From assembly GCA_028278585.1 (NCBI GenBank), contig JANQEC010000023.1:23947-87946 (forward strand): a stretch of DNA of 64,000 bases, written 5' to 3'. Of the stretch, positions 44,509-54,541 are shown in pieces. This DNA is from Cyclobacteriaceae bacterium. GTDB taxonomy: Bacteria; Bacteroidota; Bacteroidia; Cytophagales; Cyclobacteriaceae. How positions within the stretch are numbered: position 1 is the stretch's first letter; each line of letters starts with the position of its first letter. The notes under the pieces were generated by a model. The model was not told the origin of the DNA. It was given only the letters and a program-made list of their open reading frames with translations, and did no database searches. A program made the translations under genes and the position numbers.

Positions 44509-45156
44509 TCACTCTCCCTCTTTTCTGAATACTAAATTCACACTTCCTTTGTTATTGGCTGTTTTTCTATACATCAATTCTGTGCCTGCCGATTGGAATA
44601 GATCAATCCATTTTTCTTCATCAAAAACAGAAAGATGTAGATTTGATATTGTTTCAAATTTCTTATTCTCTTCTTTCATTTTGTTTAATAGTTCATTCGA
44701 TCCTTGTTCACGAATGGTAGCAATCTTAACAGCAATATACTTTTTGGAAACTCTGATCACTTCCGAAATTGCTAATTTTACTTCTGATTCTTCTATGTGT
44801 TCCAACACATCTGTTGAAACTACTAAATCAAAACTATTTTCTGGAAATGGTATGTCCAGAACAGAAGCAACCCTTGCATCAAATCCTCTGGCCAAAGACC
44901 TTTGTATTGCTTTGTTGGAAACATCTATTCCCTTTGTCTCTTTACCTATAGATGTTAAATAATTCATACCGTTTCCTGTTGAGCAACCAACATCTAAAAC
45001 AGTATGATATTCTATCTTTGTTTTGTCTATACTGTATATTAATTGTCCCTGTCCCATTGTCGGGCAATATAAATGGCTATGCAATTCTTCATTGAATGTA
45101 GGATCATATCCATTATCGTAAAGATGGTTGTATATTTCAAAATAATTGATGGACAT
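44509..45156 (-). CDS. class I SAM-dependent methyltransferase
   Basis: LDVGCSTG, DVLEHI. Confidence 0.85.
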   Translation of the reverse strand: MSINYFEIYNHLYDNGYDPTFNEELHSHLYCPTMGQGQLIYSIDKTKIEYHTVLDVGCSTGNGMNYLTSIGKETKGIDVSNKAIQRSLARGFDARVASVLDIPFPENSFDLVVSTDVLEHIEESEVKLAISEVIRVSKKYIAVKIATIREQGSNELLNKMKEENKKFETISNLHLSVFDEEKWIDLFQSAGTELMYRKTANNKGSVNLVFRKEGE

Positions 45157-45167
45157 TTCTATCTCCT

Positions 45168-45962
45168 TTATCCTCTTGGTATTCCCCAAAACTCACAGTT
45201 AGAACATAAGGGCACGTCTTTCCTATTGCCTCTTACATGTGATTCTATCCATTGTTTTCTCTTTTCAGAATTCCACAATTCCTCAAATGTATTATCGTTT
45301 AGATTTCCCAAAACACCGGAACCATTTGGATCAAACCGGACACAAATCGACAAATCACCATCTACGTTTATAGCGGGATGATTCAGCATCTCCAAACAAA
45401 TTCCTGTTTCTGGCTTAACCGTTTCCTTTTTGTATTCAAAACTTCCCATTGGTGAATGAAGTATTCGTTTCACCATAAGACAATTTAGACTTTCATATTT
45501 TTCTATTCGGTTCTTTTCCATATTTCCAAGTAACCGTATAATGACGTTTGGCCTTTTATCGCCTTTCCATTCCAAATACTTTTTCAAGATGTAGAATTGT
45601 TCTTCCCATTCTGGATCATTTTCAAATGTTGATACTGTCATGGTATCCAAGAATTTCACTTCATGAAATTTTTCGAGTAATAATTTTCCATTCGTATCAA
45701 AACACTTTATCTGCCGGCTAAACAGTCTCAAGGCATCGGCAAGTAATGGGTACAATGTTGGTTCCCCATTACTATGAAACTGAATAACAATCCCTGCAGG
45801 CAATTGTTTGGCAATTTTTTCCAGTAGTGTAAAACTGATATTCTTGTTATAGTGATCTGCTAATTTGGGATACTCTCGTTCCACTTTTCGCCGGCCACAC
45901 ATCCAACAATTTTTGTTGCATCTGTTTGTCAACTCTATGTTTATTGTCGATGGAAAATTCAT
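45168..45962 (-). CDS. radical SAM / SPASM-domain protein
   Basis: CNKNCWMC, GEP, C-terminal Cys cluster. Confidence 0.88.
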   Translation of the reverse strand: MNFPSTINIELTNRCNKNCWMCGRRKVEREYPKLADHYNKNISFTLLEKIAKQLPAGIVIQFHSNGEPTLYPLLADALRLFSRQIKCFDTNGKLLLEKFHEVKFLDTMTVSTFENDPEWEEQFYILKKYLEWKGDKRPNVIIRLLGNMEKNRIEKYESLNCLMVKRILHSPMGSFEYKKETVKPETGICLEMLNHPAINVDGDLSICVRFDPNGSGVLGNLNDNTFEELWNSEKRKQWIESHVRGNRKDVPLCSNCEFWGIPRG

Positions 45963-46609
45963 GGCTTCACTCCTGTACCCAGCACCATCAATTCAACTGA
46001 CCACCGAATGAATTTGTTTTTGATCTTGTAATTTGGCGATACGAATAGTTGTAACATCTTACTTACTAATTTCATTTTTGGAAATTGCCAGAGTATTGGC
46101 AATTGATAAAAATTTTCCGATGACACATTCTGAAAACCAAACATCTGTAGAAAATCTTCCATACTATTTTTTGTGTATGGTGTTCTATGGGTATAGTCAT
46201 CATAGAAAATTTTGTATTGTGTATTCCAATCGGGGACCATTAGAATAATTCTACCATTTGGTTTCAATACTCTATGACATTCTGTAATGAAGTTTTCTGG
46301 ATTTGCCAAATGTTCCAATAGTGATTTGGAAAACACTACATCAAAGAATTCATCTTCATGAAGAATAAAATCGTGTTCCAAATCGGCATAGTCGATGTTC
46401 AATCCTTCGTGGAACCTCGTTTCTTCTTTGTCGATAGAAAAAACGTCTAAGTTAAATGCCCGCGAAAAATCTCCACGGCCGCAGCCAACATCCAACAATT
46501 TCATATCGGGGGTTAAATGAAAACGATCACAAAGATACCGGCACAATTTCTGTGGGTAATCTGTTTGTTCTCTTTTTTGTGTGGAGTAAATAGTTTCAAT
46601 GTATGGCAC
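45959..46609 (-). CDS. class I SAM-dependent methyltransferase
   Basis: LDVGCGRG, KSLLEH, DYTH. Confidence 0.85.
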   Translation of the reverse strand: MPYIETIYSTQKREQTDYPQKLCRYLCDRFHLTPDMKLLDVGCGRGDFSRAFNLDVFSIDKEETRFHEGLNIDYADLEHDFILHEDEFFDVVFSKSLLEHLANPENFITECHRVLKPNGRIILMVPDWNTQYKIFYDDYTHRTPYTKNSMEDFLQMFGFQNVSSENFYQLPILWQFPKMKLVSKMLQLFVSPNYKIKNKFIRWSVELMVLGTGVKP

Positions 46610-46999
46610 TTACAATACCTCAACTAATTCAACTCGGTATCCATTTGGGTCCAAACAAAAACCAACCTTAACAGATTTGTCTGGCGACAATCTCGGCGAA
46701 ACCACAAAACCGATACCAATTTTTGTCAATTCTTTTTCTGTATGGTCTAAATCATCTACTGTAAAACATATATGACTCTCATACGAATATTTATACTTTC
46801 TGAAATGTTCGCGTTTCAATTCGATAAATTCCAAAATACTTCCATTTGGATCTTTCATTTTTGCAATTCTCATAGTGGGGTAATATTTGCCCCATTCCTC
46901 ATCTTGTCTATAAATCAATTGTAGTCCCAATTTTTCATAGAACTCCACAGATTTTTCAAGATTGATAACGTTCCACCCAAAATGTCTAATCAAGAACAT
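46610..46999 (-). CDS. VOC/glyoxalase family protein
   Basis: RHFG, HICFTV, DPNGYRVELVE. Confidence 0.85.
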   Translation of the reverse strand: MFLIRHFGWNVINLEKSVEFYEKLGLQLIYRQDEEWGKYYPTMRIAKMKDPNGSILEFIELKREHFRKYKYSYESHICFTVDDLDHTEKELTKIGIGFVVSPRLSPDKSVKVGFCLDPNGYRVELVEVL

Positions 47000-48158
47000 G
47001 ATTCAATACCTCACATAAAATATCCAAACCTTTATTCAAATTCTTTTTGGTGATGGTTATAGGGGGCCCCAACTTTATTGATTCTCTTCCAGTATGAACT
47101 AACAACAAACCTCTTTCCATACACCATTTACAAACAATGTCTGCGATTCTTTTATGTGGTAGTATGATTCCAGAAACACTACCATGTGTATTAATCTCAC
47201 ATTGTTTTGAAAATATTTTCAGCCTATCGTTAATAATATATTCATTTTCCATTGAAATATCAAAATAATTTTTTCGACAAAGCTCATCAAGAACCCCACA
47301 ACCAGCGGCACAACAAAGAGGATTTGCTGAGTGGGTACTGCTCATTTCTCCTTCTTTTGGTAAATCCATAATTCTTGCCCGGCCCACAACACCAGCCAAA
47401 GGCAAACCAGATCCCGCCGCTTTGCCGAAACAAACCAAATCCGGTCGAACATGATAATTATAAAATCCAAACATAGGACCAGTTCTGTAAAATCGTGCCT
47501 GGACCTCATCAAAACACACAACAATACTATTGTTTTTACAATAAGAAACCATTGACTTTACATATTCTGTTGGTAAAAATTTTGCTGACCATCCTTGATA
47601 TGTTTCTATCATTATTCCAGCGACTTCATCCAAATCTATATTAAGTCTATGTAAGTCTTGTACAAAATCCGAATTTATATTTGGAAATGGTAGTCTAACA
47701 AAATTCTTATGACTATAAATACCATTCCCTTTCATCAAGTCTGCGGCCATTGTTCTTCCATGCATCGCGCCATCAAAGGAAAGTATAATATCTTTCGACT
47801 TCATATATTTCTTGCCATTCATCAACATCAATTTTGTAGCTGCCTCAGTTGCTTCAGTTCCAGATGATAACAATAATGCCTTCTCACAATAATATGGTAT
47901 ACGGGCAATCAACCGAGAAACATATTCTTCACGAGCTTCATTCTTGTAAATATACGAATGTAAAAGATTCTTATTGACTTGTTTTTTGATTCGTTTCTTT
48001 ACTTGTTTATTTGAATGACCAAAATTCATCACAAAAATAGATGATGTGAAATCTATATATTTCTTTCTATCCATCCCTACAACAATATCATTCTTTGCTT
48101 TCTTCCATCTAATAGGAAGAAATGTTTTCATAGAACTTGGCTCAAGGTATTCAATCAT
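46986..48158 (-). CDS. class III PLP aminotransferase
   Basis: SGTEA, HGRT, DEVQ, PDLVCFGK, STH. Confidence 0.9.
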   Translation of the reverse strand: MIEYLEPSSMKTFLPIRWKKAKNDIVVGMDRKKYIDFTSSIFVMNFGHSNKQVKKRIKKQVNKNLLHSYIYKNEAREEYVSRLIARIPYYCEKALLLSSGTEATEAATKLMLMNGKKYMKSKDIILSFDGAMHGRTMAADLMKGNGIYSHKNFVRLPFPNINSDFVQDLHRLNIDLDEVAGIMIETYQGWSAKFLPTEYVKSMVSYCKNNSIVVCFDEVQARFYRTGPMFGFYNYHVRPDLVCFGKAAGSGLPLAGVVGRARIMDLPKEGEMSSTHSANPLCCAAGCGVLDELCRKNYFDISMENEYIINDRLKIFSKQCEINTHGSVSGIILPHKRIADIVCKWCMERGLLLVHTGRESIKLGPPITITKKNLNKGLDILCEVLNHVLD

Positions 48159-48159
48159 A

Positions 48160-48849
48160 TTAACTGTTCCTTTTTCTTAATGTGTATTCTAAATATTCAA
48201 AATCTTCTTCCGAATCTATTTCTATTGCTGGTTTTGTTCTAAAAGCCATTACAGATGAACCATAAGTTGTTTTTGTTTCTAACAATGTTTTAACTCTAAT
48301 CACATCAACATAACCATTTGGATGATAACAATCCCCAAAATTTTGTCTTGGTGCATCTGCTTCTTCATGTGAAATTTTCATATAGGGTGTGGCTTCATCT
48401 CTATATCCTATCCGGTACATCTTTTCTGGTGGTTCATTTATTTTGTGCATTGACCTTAAAGAATGATACCGTGTTTCACGAAAATTCAGAATTGCTCTGT
48501 CTACAGCATTGTGTGTTCTTATTGGAGTAGTTGGTCGTAACAATACTATCAAATCATCTAAACCAAACCCCAATGTGTAAGAAACATGTAACAAATAATC
48601 TACGTCTTTGCTATTGTCTGTTGATAAAAACCCCGGCCTCATAACAACTTGTACACTCTCTGAAAAATTTTTCGTTAAATTTGCATAGTGTTCACTATCA
48701 GTTGTTAAAATTGTTCTGTCGATACACTTTGATTTTTCAGATACCTTGATAGAATGAAATATTAAAGGAATCCCACCAACCAGCCGAATATTCTTATCTT
48801 TCACCCCCTTTGAACCACTTCTTGCAGGGATTGCTCCATATATTTTCAT
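48160..48849 (-). CDS. neuA: acylneuraminate cytidylyltransferase
   Basis: IPARSGSKGVKDKN, RPTTPIR, EIDS. Confidence 0.92.
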   Translation of the reverse strand: MKIYGAIPARSGSKGVKDKNIRLVGGIPLIFHSIKVSEKSKCIDRTILTTDSEHYANLTKNFSESVQVVMRPGFLSTDNSKDVDYLLHVSYTLGFGLDDLIVLLRPTTPIRTHNAVDRAILNFRETRYHSLRSMHKINEPPEKMYRIGYRDEATPYMKISHEEADAPRQNFGDCYHPNGYVDVIRVKTLLETKTTYGSSVMAFRTKPAIEIDSEEDFEYLEYTLRKRNS

Positions 48850-49565
48850 CTCAATTCTCCAATGGGAGCAACGTCAAATGTGGAATTCTTGTTTAAATTG
48901 ATTACATCAACTCCCACGTTTTTGGCAGAATCTACTATGATTTTCAAATCCTTGAGGATTCTTTCTCTAAATTGAGATTGTGATTTTGCGTTTGGTAATC
49001 TGATATTACCATTATGTTTGGCATACCCCAAACTATAATCCAAATCAATACCAACAAAATAAATTGGATTACACCCAAACAAAACCATAAAAGAAATCAT
49101 GTGGATAGCACATGTATCACCAGCACCATAATGCTGATCAAACTTACAATAGTGTTGTAATTCTTCTTGTATTGTTTTTCTACCGGGAACCAATTGGTGA
49201 CAACATTTCTTAGCATAACATGGTTTGTTGTCAAAATGTCTTTGATCATATCCAAGATATTCACACTTCAAATTATTTTCAATCCATTTTCTATCTGTTA
49301 GGTCTACGGTATCGGCATACAAAATGGGAATTCGATATTGATTCAGAACGTGGATTTGACTTGACATTGTTAATTGAGTATTTGCAAATAACCAATAATC
49401 TGGCTGAAACGAATGAAACAAATGCCATTCATTACATTCTATTACAATGTGGCCAGATTTTTGTTTGTTTTCTATTTCTTCTATGTGATCATTCAGGCTT
49501 GGTCCATGAGCAATTACTATTGCTGGTTTGCCTTTATGATTGTCTATAAGAGGTTCAATATTCAT
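48846..49565 (-). CDS. DUF115/Maf-like (GT29-fold-like) protein
   Basis: AIVIAHGPSL, GCNPIYFVGID. Confidence 0.75.
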   Translation of the reverse strand: MNIEPLIDNHKGKPAIVIAHGPSLNDHIEEIENKQKSGHIVIECNEWHLFHSFQPDYWLFANTQLTMSSQIHVLNQYRIPILYADTVDLTDRKWIENNLKCEYLGYDQRHFDNKPCYAKKCCHQLVPGRKTIQEELQHYCKFDQHYGAGDTCAIHMISFMVLFGCNPIYFVGIDLDYSLGYAKHNGNIRLPNAKSQSQFRERILKDLKIIVDSAKNVGVDVINLNKNSTFDVAPIGELR

Positions 49566-50542
49566 TTCAAACTTTGCCTTGTCTTATTATAAATCGTCCA
49601 ATTTTTATCCATCTGAATTAAATTGGTTCTCTTATGTTTCAAATGTACTGTCACTATTTCTCTTGTGTATATCACCTTATTTTGTTTACTAATTCTACAA
49701 TTGAATTCCGAATCTTCTGGCCCATATCCCACCATGTTTTCATTGAACCCGCCAATTTTTTGAAAACTTTTCTTGTGAACCAATCCATTGCCATGAGCAA
49801 AACCAACATGACATGGCAGTTGTATCAAAAAATCTAAATCATTAGAATACACGCCGGTTGTCATATTGTAGTTATGAAAAATTACTCTGATTTCTTGTTT
49901 GTATTTTATTTTCAAATTGTTCAATAGAGTTTTCATATTCTCTACATAGTTGTACGGATAAATCAAATCTATGTCCGACATAAAGAAGTATGGTGTCTTA
50001 ACATATTTATTGACTCCAATGTTAATCAACTTTCCTTTACATCCAAATTGTTTTTGATACTTATGTATGTATCGTATGTTTTTTGCTTTTGGGAGCTGGT
50101 CTTTTATTTTTTGTTTTGATCCATTAACAACAATTATTTTTACATTCTGATTTTTTATACTATCTATGGACAAACGAAACCGTTTTAGTGCGGGCAAAAA
50201 ATGTTCATTCTCATATTGAAACGTATAGAGAAAGTGTAGTGGTTTTTCCAGATAGCTATAAGCAAAGTTTTTTTGCAAATCCAAATTAAACTTGTTCTTT
50301 TTTTCTTTTTCTTTTACTCTTTTGTTGTTAAAGTATTCGGCGCCGGCTGGTCTTTTTTTCTCTTTCTTTTCATCCTGGGACCTTTCTTTCCTCCCCTCTT
50401 TGATGAACCTCAAAGTTGCGGAATGTTTCCCCCTCAATGAATCTGGAACTTCTTTTATTTCTCCCTTTAAGAACCTGTATTGTTCGCCACCCTCGACAAG
50501 TGCCACAGAATAAGGCATTATGTTTTGTACAAATATACTCAT
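49562..50542 (-). CDS. glycosyltransferase (GT2/GT7-like)
   Basis: DID, GGFNENMVGYGPED. Confidence 0.8.
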   Translation of the reverse strand: MSIFVQNIMPYSVALVEGGEQYRFLKGEIKEVPDSLRGKHSATLRFIKEGRKERSQDEKKEKKRPAGAEYFNNKRVKEKEKKNKFNLDLQKNFAYSYLEKPLHFLYTFQYENEHFLPALKRFRLSIDSIKNQNVKIIVVNGSKQKIKDQLPKAKNIRYIHKYQKQFGCKGKLINIGVNKYVKTPYFFMSDIDLIYPYNYVENMKTLLNNLKIKYKQEIRVIFHNYNMTTGVYSNDLDFLIQLPCHVGFAHGNGLVHKKSFQKIGGFNENMVGYGPEDSEFNCRISKQNKVIYTREIVTVHLKHKRTNLIQMDKNWTIYNKTRQSLK

Positions 50543-50546
50543 CTTT

Positions 50547-51257
50547 TTAGTAACTCACTATTCTTCGGGTTGTTACTGCAAGACTTGATTGTTTTCTTAC
50601 GTCTTTCTTATCTTCACTAATGGGATTTCCAGTATTGTATACATACGTTATATCATTGACACATCGGATATGTTCATTCCCAGCAAGTTCTATCAAAGAG
50701 AACATAATTGCATGGTCCCATGCAGCTGATTCTACAAACTTGCCGTTCTCCATGAGTTTTTCCGGCTTCATTTGTTTCCATACTTTGTATTTCACAGTTT
50801 TCAAATGTGACGTACACCAGCTGCCACTATTCCGGTATGTTTTGGCATCCATAGGCCGACAACAACCAACTTGACCATTGTGAGACAAAACATATTGTCC
50901 ATATGTTAGCCACACATCACCACTTGAATATACCCTATCCAAACAAGTTAATGAGGTTTCATCATACAACCAATCATCCCCATCCAATAGACAAATAATA
51001 TCATCGTCATCTTGGCATATATATGGAATGTATGTGAAAACATTGTATAGTGCTTGTTGGTTTTCTCTGTTTTCTATGTATAGGAATTTGGAATTTGCTG
51101 TGGAAATGATTTCTTCTTTTGTATTGTCCGTTGAGGCATCATTGATAATGATTGCCTCCCATTTGTTGTGTATCTGGCTCTTGCAAGAGTTAATACACTT
51201 TGCAACAAATTTTTCAGCATTGTAAACTGGTATGACAAATTTGAAAGAGTTCAACAT
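50547..51257 (-). CDS. glycosyltransferase family 2
   Basis: IPVYN, DASTD, LDGDD. Confidence 0.9.
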   Translation of the reverse strand: MLNSFKFVIPVYNAEKFVAKCINSCKSQIHNKWEAIIINDASTDNTKEEIISTANSKFLYIENRENQQALYNVFTYIPYICQDDDDIICLLDGDDWLYDETSLTCLDRVYSSGDVWLTYGQYVLSHNGQVGCCRPMDAKTYRNSGSWCTSHLKTVKYKVWKQMKPEKLMENGKFVESAAWDHAIMFSLIELAGNEHIRCVNDITYVYNTGNPISEDKKDVRKQSSLAVTTRRIVSY

Positions 51258-52084
51258 TATACTAACTCCCATATCAAGTTTTCCCACATGTAATCTTCGG
51301 GATACCAATATTTCTTTGATAGTTCAAAATTTTCTTTTATCGCTGGCAATCTATTGTTATAGAATGGTGCGTTTGCATAAGTATTTATTATCGAATGGAA
51401 TTCTGCCATATTACTGAATGTAAGTATGCCGGCAGAATTGAAAAACCGACCGATACTTGGTGCACCGAAATAGATAGGTATGCAACCTGTCGCGAATGCG
51501 TCTATAAGTTTTTCTGTAAACCAGAAATCCAGCTTACCGTTTTCCACAACAATATGGAAACGGTAATCTCTCAATCCAATTATTTTGTTATCAATTGGGT
51601 TGTAACCATGACCAAAAATCCCATCAATTCCAATTCCATAATCTCTAACTATATCATGTCGCATCTTGTGACCTTGAACATGTCTCTTAGAAGAGGCGAT
51701 GATAGAGGTTTCTTTTGTCTTAGGATGTACCTTACAATTTTCATCACTAATCCAATTCCCTCCCAGCGGAGTGAAGATAAATTTGTCACCAAGTTTCAAC
51801 AATTCTTTGTCATGTGTCAATACAAAATCGAAATGTTCTTTGAGGTATGTCACACTCCTATATATGTGTGGAGATACTACCCTTGGTTCTATTAACCAAG
51901 CAATTTTAACTTTCTCATGTGCCCTCTGCACTTCTTGCAAGCAACCATCTGTAAATACTCCAATACGTTTTGTTTCATTACCAGTATACCACTTTATTTT
52001 TGATGGTGCCTTTTTCGTTTGTCCGGTTCCAGCCGAGGGACCACAACCTATAAACGATTTGTCATACAATTTCACTTCATACAT
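51257..52084 (-). CDS. GT10-like (alpha-1,3/4-fucosyltransferase-type) glycosyltransferase
   Basis: YRFHIVVEN, TEKLIDAF, PIYFG. Confidence 0.8.
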   Translation of the reverse strand: MYEVKLYDKSFIGCGPSAGTGQTKKAPSKIKWYTGNETKRIGVFTDGCLQEVQRAHEKVKIAWLIEPRVVSPHIYRSVTYLKEHFDFVLTHDKELLKLGDKFIFTPLGGNWISDENCKVHPKTKETSIIASSKRHVQGHKMRHDIVRDYGIGIDGIFGHGYNPIDNKIIGLRDYRFHIVVENGKLDFWFTEKLIDAFATGCIPIYFGAPSIGRFFNSAGILTFSNMAEFHSIINTYANAPFYNNRLPAIKENFELSKKYWYPEDYMWENLIWELV

Positions 52085-52094
52085 ACACTATCCC

Positions 52095-52850
52095 CTATAT
52101 TTTTATCCATTCATCCGGGCACAAATCTCTGGAAGAGAAGTAATTCGGCCCGAACCATTTTTTCGGTGCTACAACTACTTTGTTTTTATTTTCGTTCAAC
52201 CATGCACCCCACCAAGAAAAGGAAGAGTTGGCAATGATGTTGTGTTGACAAAAAGATTGCAAAAACAAATCCTCCACTTCATCCCCATCAGAGAAAACGA
52301 TGTTCTTTCCCTTGAAATTATTTTTGCACCATTCCATGTCATTACTACAAATGATAAATGTTGCCCCATCAAAAATTTCCATTGCTTTGTTGTAGTAATT
52401 CATATCACAAACTGGATGTTTGTCAGGATAAAGTAAATAGTCGCCTCTTCTAACATGGATGGATACTGCATTATTCAATACATCGGCATACTTAGTTCTA
52501 ATTTTGTTGGCAATATCTATCCGTGGTTCATAGTGATGTCTAATGAGTTCGCCACAATCACGAAAGTATTTTTCAGATTGAAAGTACCCCGTTAAGTTGA
52601 TGTCCTTTTGATACGGAATTTCATCGTATGTAAAATTCGGTTCTTTCCATTCACACCTAACAGGTAATATGTTACTGGTTTTGATTGTGTTCTCAAATAC
52701 ATGTCCATACAACCATGTAGTATTTGAGTGTACTGGAAATACTGCCTCATCGCCATTTCGATGAGCAAGAGCAATAGTAGCAGCACCAAGGAAAAGCTTG
52801 TTGCAAAAAAGTCCAGACGATCTGGAATTGATCAACTTACAAGTTACCAT
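52095..52850 (-). CDS. GT11 alpha-1,2-fucosyl/colitosyl-transferase
   Basis: GYFQSEKYF, HVRRGDY, NSSFSWWGAWL. Confidence 0.92.
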   Translation of the reverse strand: MVTCKLINSRSSGLFCNKLFLGAATIALAHRNGDEAVFPVHSNTTWLYGHVFENTIKTSNILPVRCEWKEPNFTYDEIPYQKDINLTGYFQSEKYFRDCGELIRHHYEPRIDIANKIRTKYADVLNNAVSIHVRRGDYLLYPDKHPVCDMNYYNKAMEIFDGATFIICSNDMEWCKNNFKGKNIVFSDGDEVEDLFLQSFCQHNIIANSSFSWWGAWLNENKNKVVVAPKKWFGPNYFSSRDLCPDEWIKI

Positions 52851-53650
52851 TATTTATCCTTTGGTCTTTTCATGGCCAAGTATTTAAACACCGTTGATTT
52901 ATCTTCTACTGGAAGTTGTCCGGTACATCTACCATATTTTTGTGTGAAGTATCTGGCGCCGTGATCTCTTCCGGCATCCGCTCTTCGTTTGTCCTTTAGA
53001 ATGATTGAGTTTTCATCTTTGTATGTTTCGATCTCTCCAAGATATTCATAACTATCGGCAAGATCGGCAAAGTACCAAAAGGAAGGATGATAGCCGGCAA
53101 TGATTGCTCGGTATGTATGTTCAACATGTTCCATTGAGTTGTCAAACATCTCATCGAAATACCCAATGTCTTCGATTACTTTTCTATGATAGTAAGAAAA
53201 GGCACCTACACAATGATTGTTTAATGATAGGTTTACATCTTCACTATATCCATTGATTATATAGTTTGGTTTTGGCACCAGACCATCAATCATGTTATTC
53301 GGACCATGATAGGCGAAATTGAAATGCTGCAAGCCGGTTAGTTTTGCCAATTTTATGTATGCCGCAAACACTTCCTTTTTCTTGATAAGTATATCATCCT
53401 CAATCAAGAACAAGTGATCACAATCCTTTTTTATCAGATACCACAAGGCATCATTCTTGGACTTGCCTACACATGTATTTTTTTCGTGTTGAATTAGATG
53501 GACAAAATCGGGGTATAGTTTTTTGTCATAGGGTTCGCCGTCATTAACGACAACGATATGATCCAAAACAGAGGGATCAACAGTCTGTATCATTTTTTCA
53601 AAGTAATGCGAACGATTGCACGTAATTATTCCAAGTCCTACCATAAACAA
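52850..53650 (-). CDS. glycosyltransferase family 2
   Basis: ITCNR, VNDG, LIEDD, GYFDE. Confidence 0.85.
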   Translation of the reverse strand: MFMVGLGIITCNRSHYFEKMIQTVDPSVLDHIVVVNDGEPYDKKLYPDFVHLIQHEKNTCVGKSKNDALWYLIKKDCDHLFLIEDDILIKKKEVFAAYIKLAKLTGLQHFNFAYHGPNNMIDGLVPKPNYIINGYSEDVNLSLNNHCVGAFSYYHRKVIEDIGYFDEMFDNSMEHVEHTYRAIIAGYHPSFWYFADLADSYEYLGEIETYKDENSIILKDKRRADAGRDHGARYFTQKYGRCTGQLPVEDKSTVFKYLAMKRPKDK

Positions 53651-53682
53651 AAATTCTCCTCAAATCAAATGTTTCCTACTAT

Positions 53683-53690
53683 TATTTATA
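53683..53690 (-). promoter_or_regulatory. T4-type late promoter upstream of the glycan cluster
   Basis: TATAAATA 32 nt before the first GT gene. Confidence 0.65.
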
Positions 53691-53692
53691 CT

Positions 53693-54289
53693 CTATTTTA
53701 CTCCCATCTTTTTTCTTAATTCATTGAAGATTTTTTTGTCGTATCCTTTTGTCATCTTCATAAAGGTTTCGAAGTCATTATCCTTGAGGGCATTTCGTAC
53801 TTTGGTTGCCGAAATTCCTTCAATACGAACATTGATTGGGGCAAACTTTACATTGAGTTTCAACTCTTTCTGATCCAGTTTTTTGATCATTGCTGTGTAT
53901 GCGGCTTTTCTATCCGGGCCGCCATAGAATGCCGTTGGTTCTAATCCATCTTGTCGAGCCAACCCAATGATGTTTGGAATGAAACCGTCAGGGGCTATCT
54001 TAACTTGATCGACAAGACCCTTTGCAGACTTCATTATCAACATCTTTTGTGTCTTAGCATCGAATGGGTTCTTCTCTTTATCTGCTGAACTTTTGGCACC
54101 TTTGACGATATAGACAACTACTGGTAGCTTACTTTCCTTTTTCATCTTCTCGACAATTGCCCTGTGCCCTGCAGTGAACGGACTGAAACGACCATGAAGG
54201 ATAACCACCTTTTTCTTGGCTGGTTCCTTGGGTATTACGATCTCTACTGCTTCGTTGAGTAATGCTACTATCTTGTCTTGTAGTGCCAT
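53693..54289 (-). CDS. cytidyltransferase-like (HIGH-fold) protein
   Basis: GRFSPFTAGH, NPF, GPDR, ISATKVR. Confidence 0.85.
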   Translation of the reverse strand: MALQDKIVALLNEAVEIVIPKEPAKKKVVILHGRFSPFTAGHRAIVEKMKKESKLPVVVYIVKGAKSSADKEKNPFDAKTQKMLIMKSAKGLVDQVKIAPDGFIPNIIGLARQDGLEPTAFYGGPDRKAAYTAMIKKLDQKELKLNVKFAPINVRIEGISATKVRNALKDNDFETFMKMTKGYDKKIFNELRKKMGVK

Positions 54290-54295
54290 GGTTTT

Positions 54296-54529
54296 CTATT
54301 CCTCTTGGTAATTGTCTGGTCTAAATCCGGTTCTCTTTTTGAACTCTTTACTTACCATATTTTGTTGAGCACTTGTCAATTCCATTTTCCATTTCTTTTC
54401 AACAACACCAAATGCGTCTTCCCAATATGTACCTTTGTCAATTTCCTTTCTCAAATCCATTGCAAATTTCTTTGCATCAAACTTGGCTTCTTCCAATTCT
54501 TTTTCTCGGAGGTAATCTATGAATCCCAT
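54296..54529 (-). CDS. putative head-internal protein
   Basis: N-terminus MGFIDYLRE. Confidence 0.6.
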   Translation of the reverse strand: MGFIDYLREKELEEAKFDAKKFAMDLRKEIDKGTYWEDAFGVVEKKWKMELTSAQQNMVSKEFKKRTGFRPDNYQEE

Positions 54530-54541
54530 TTCTATTCTCTC

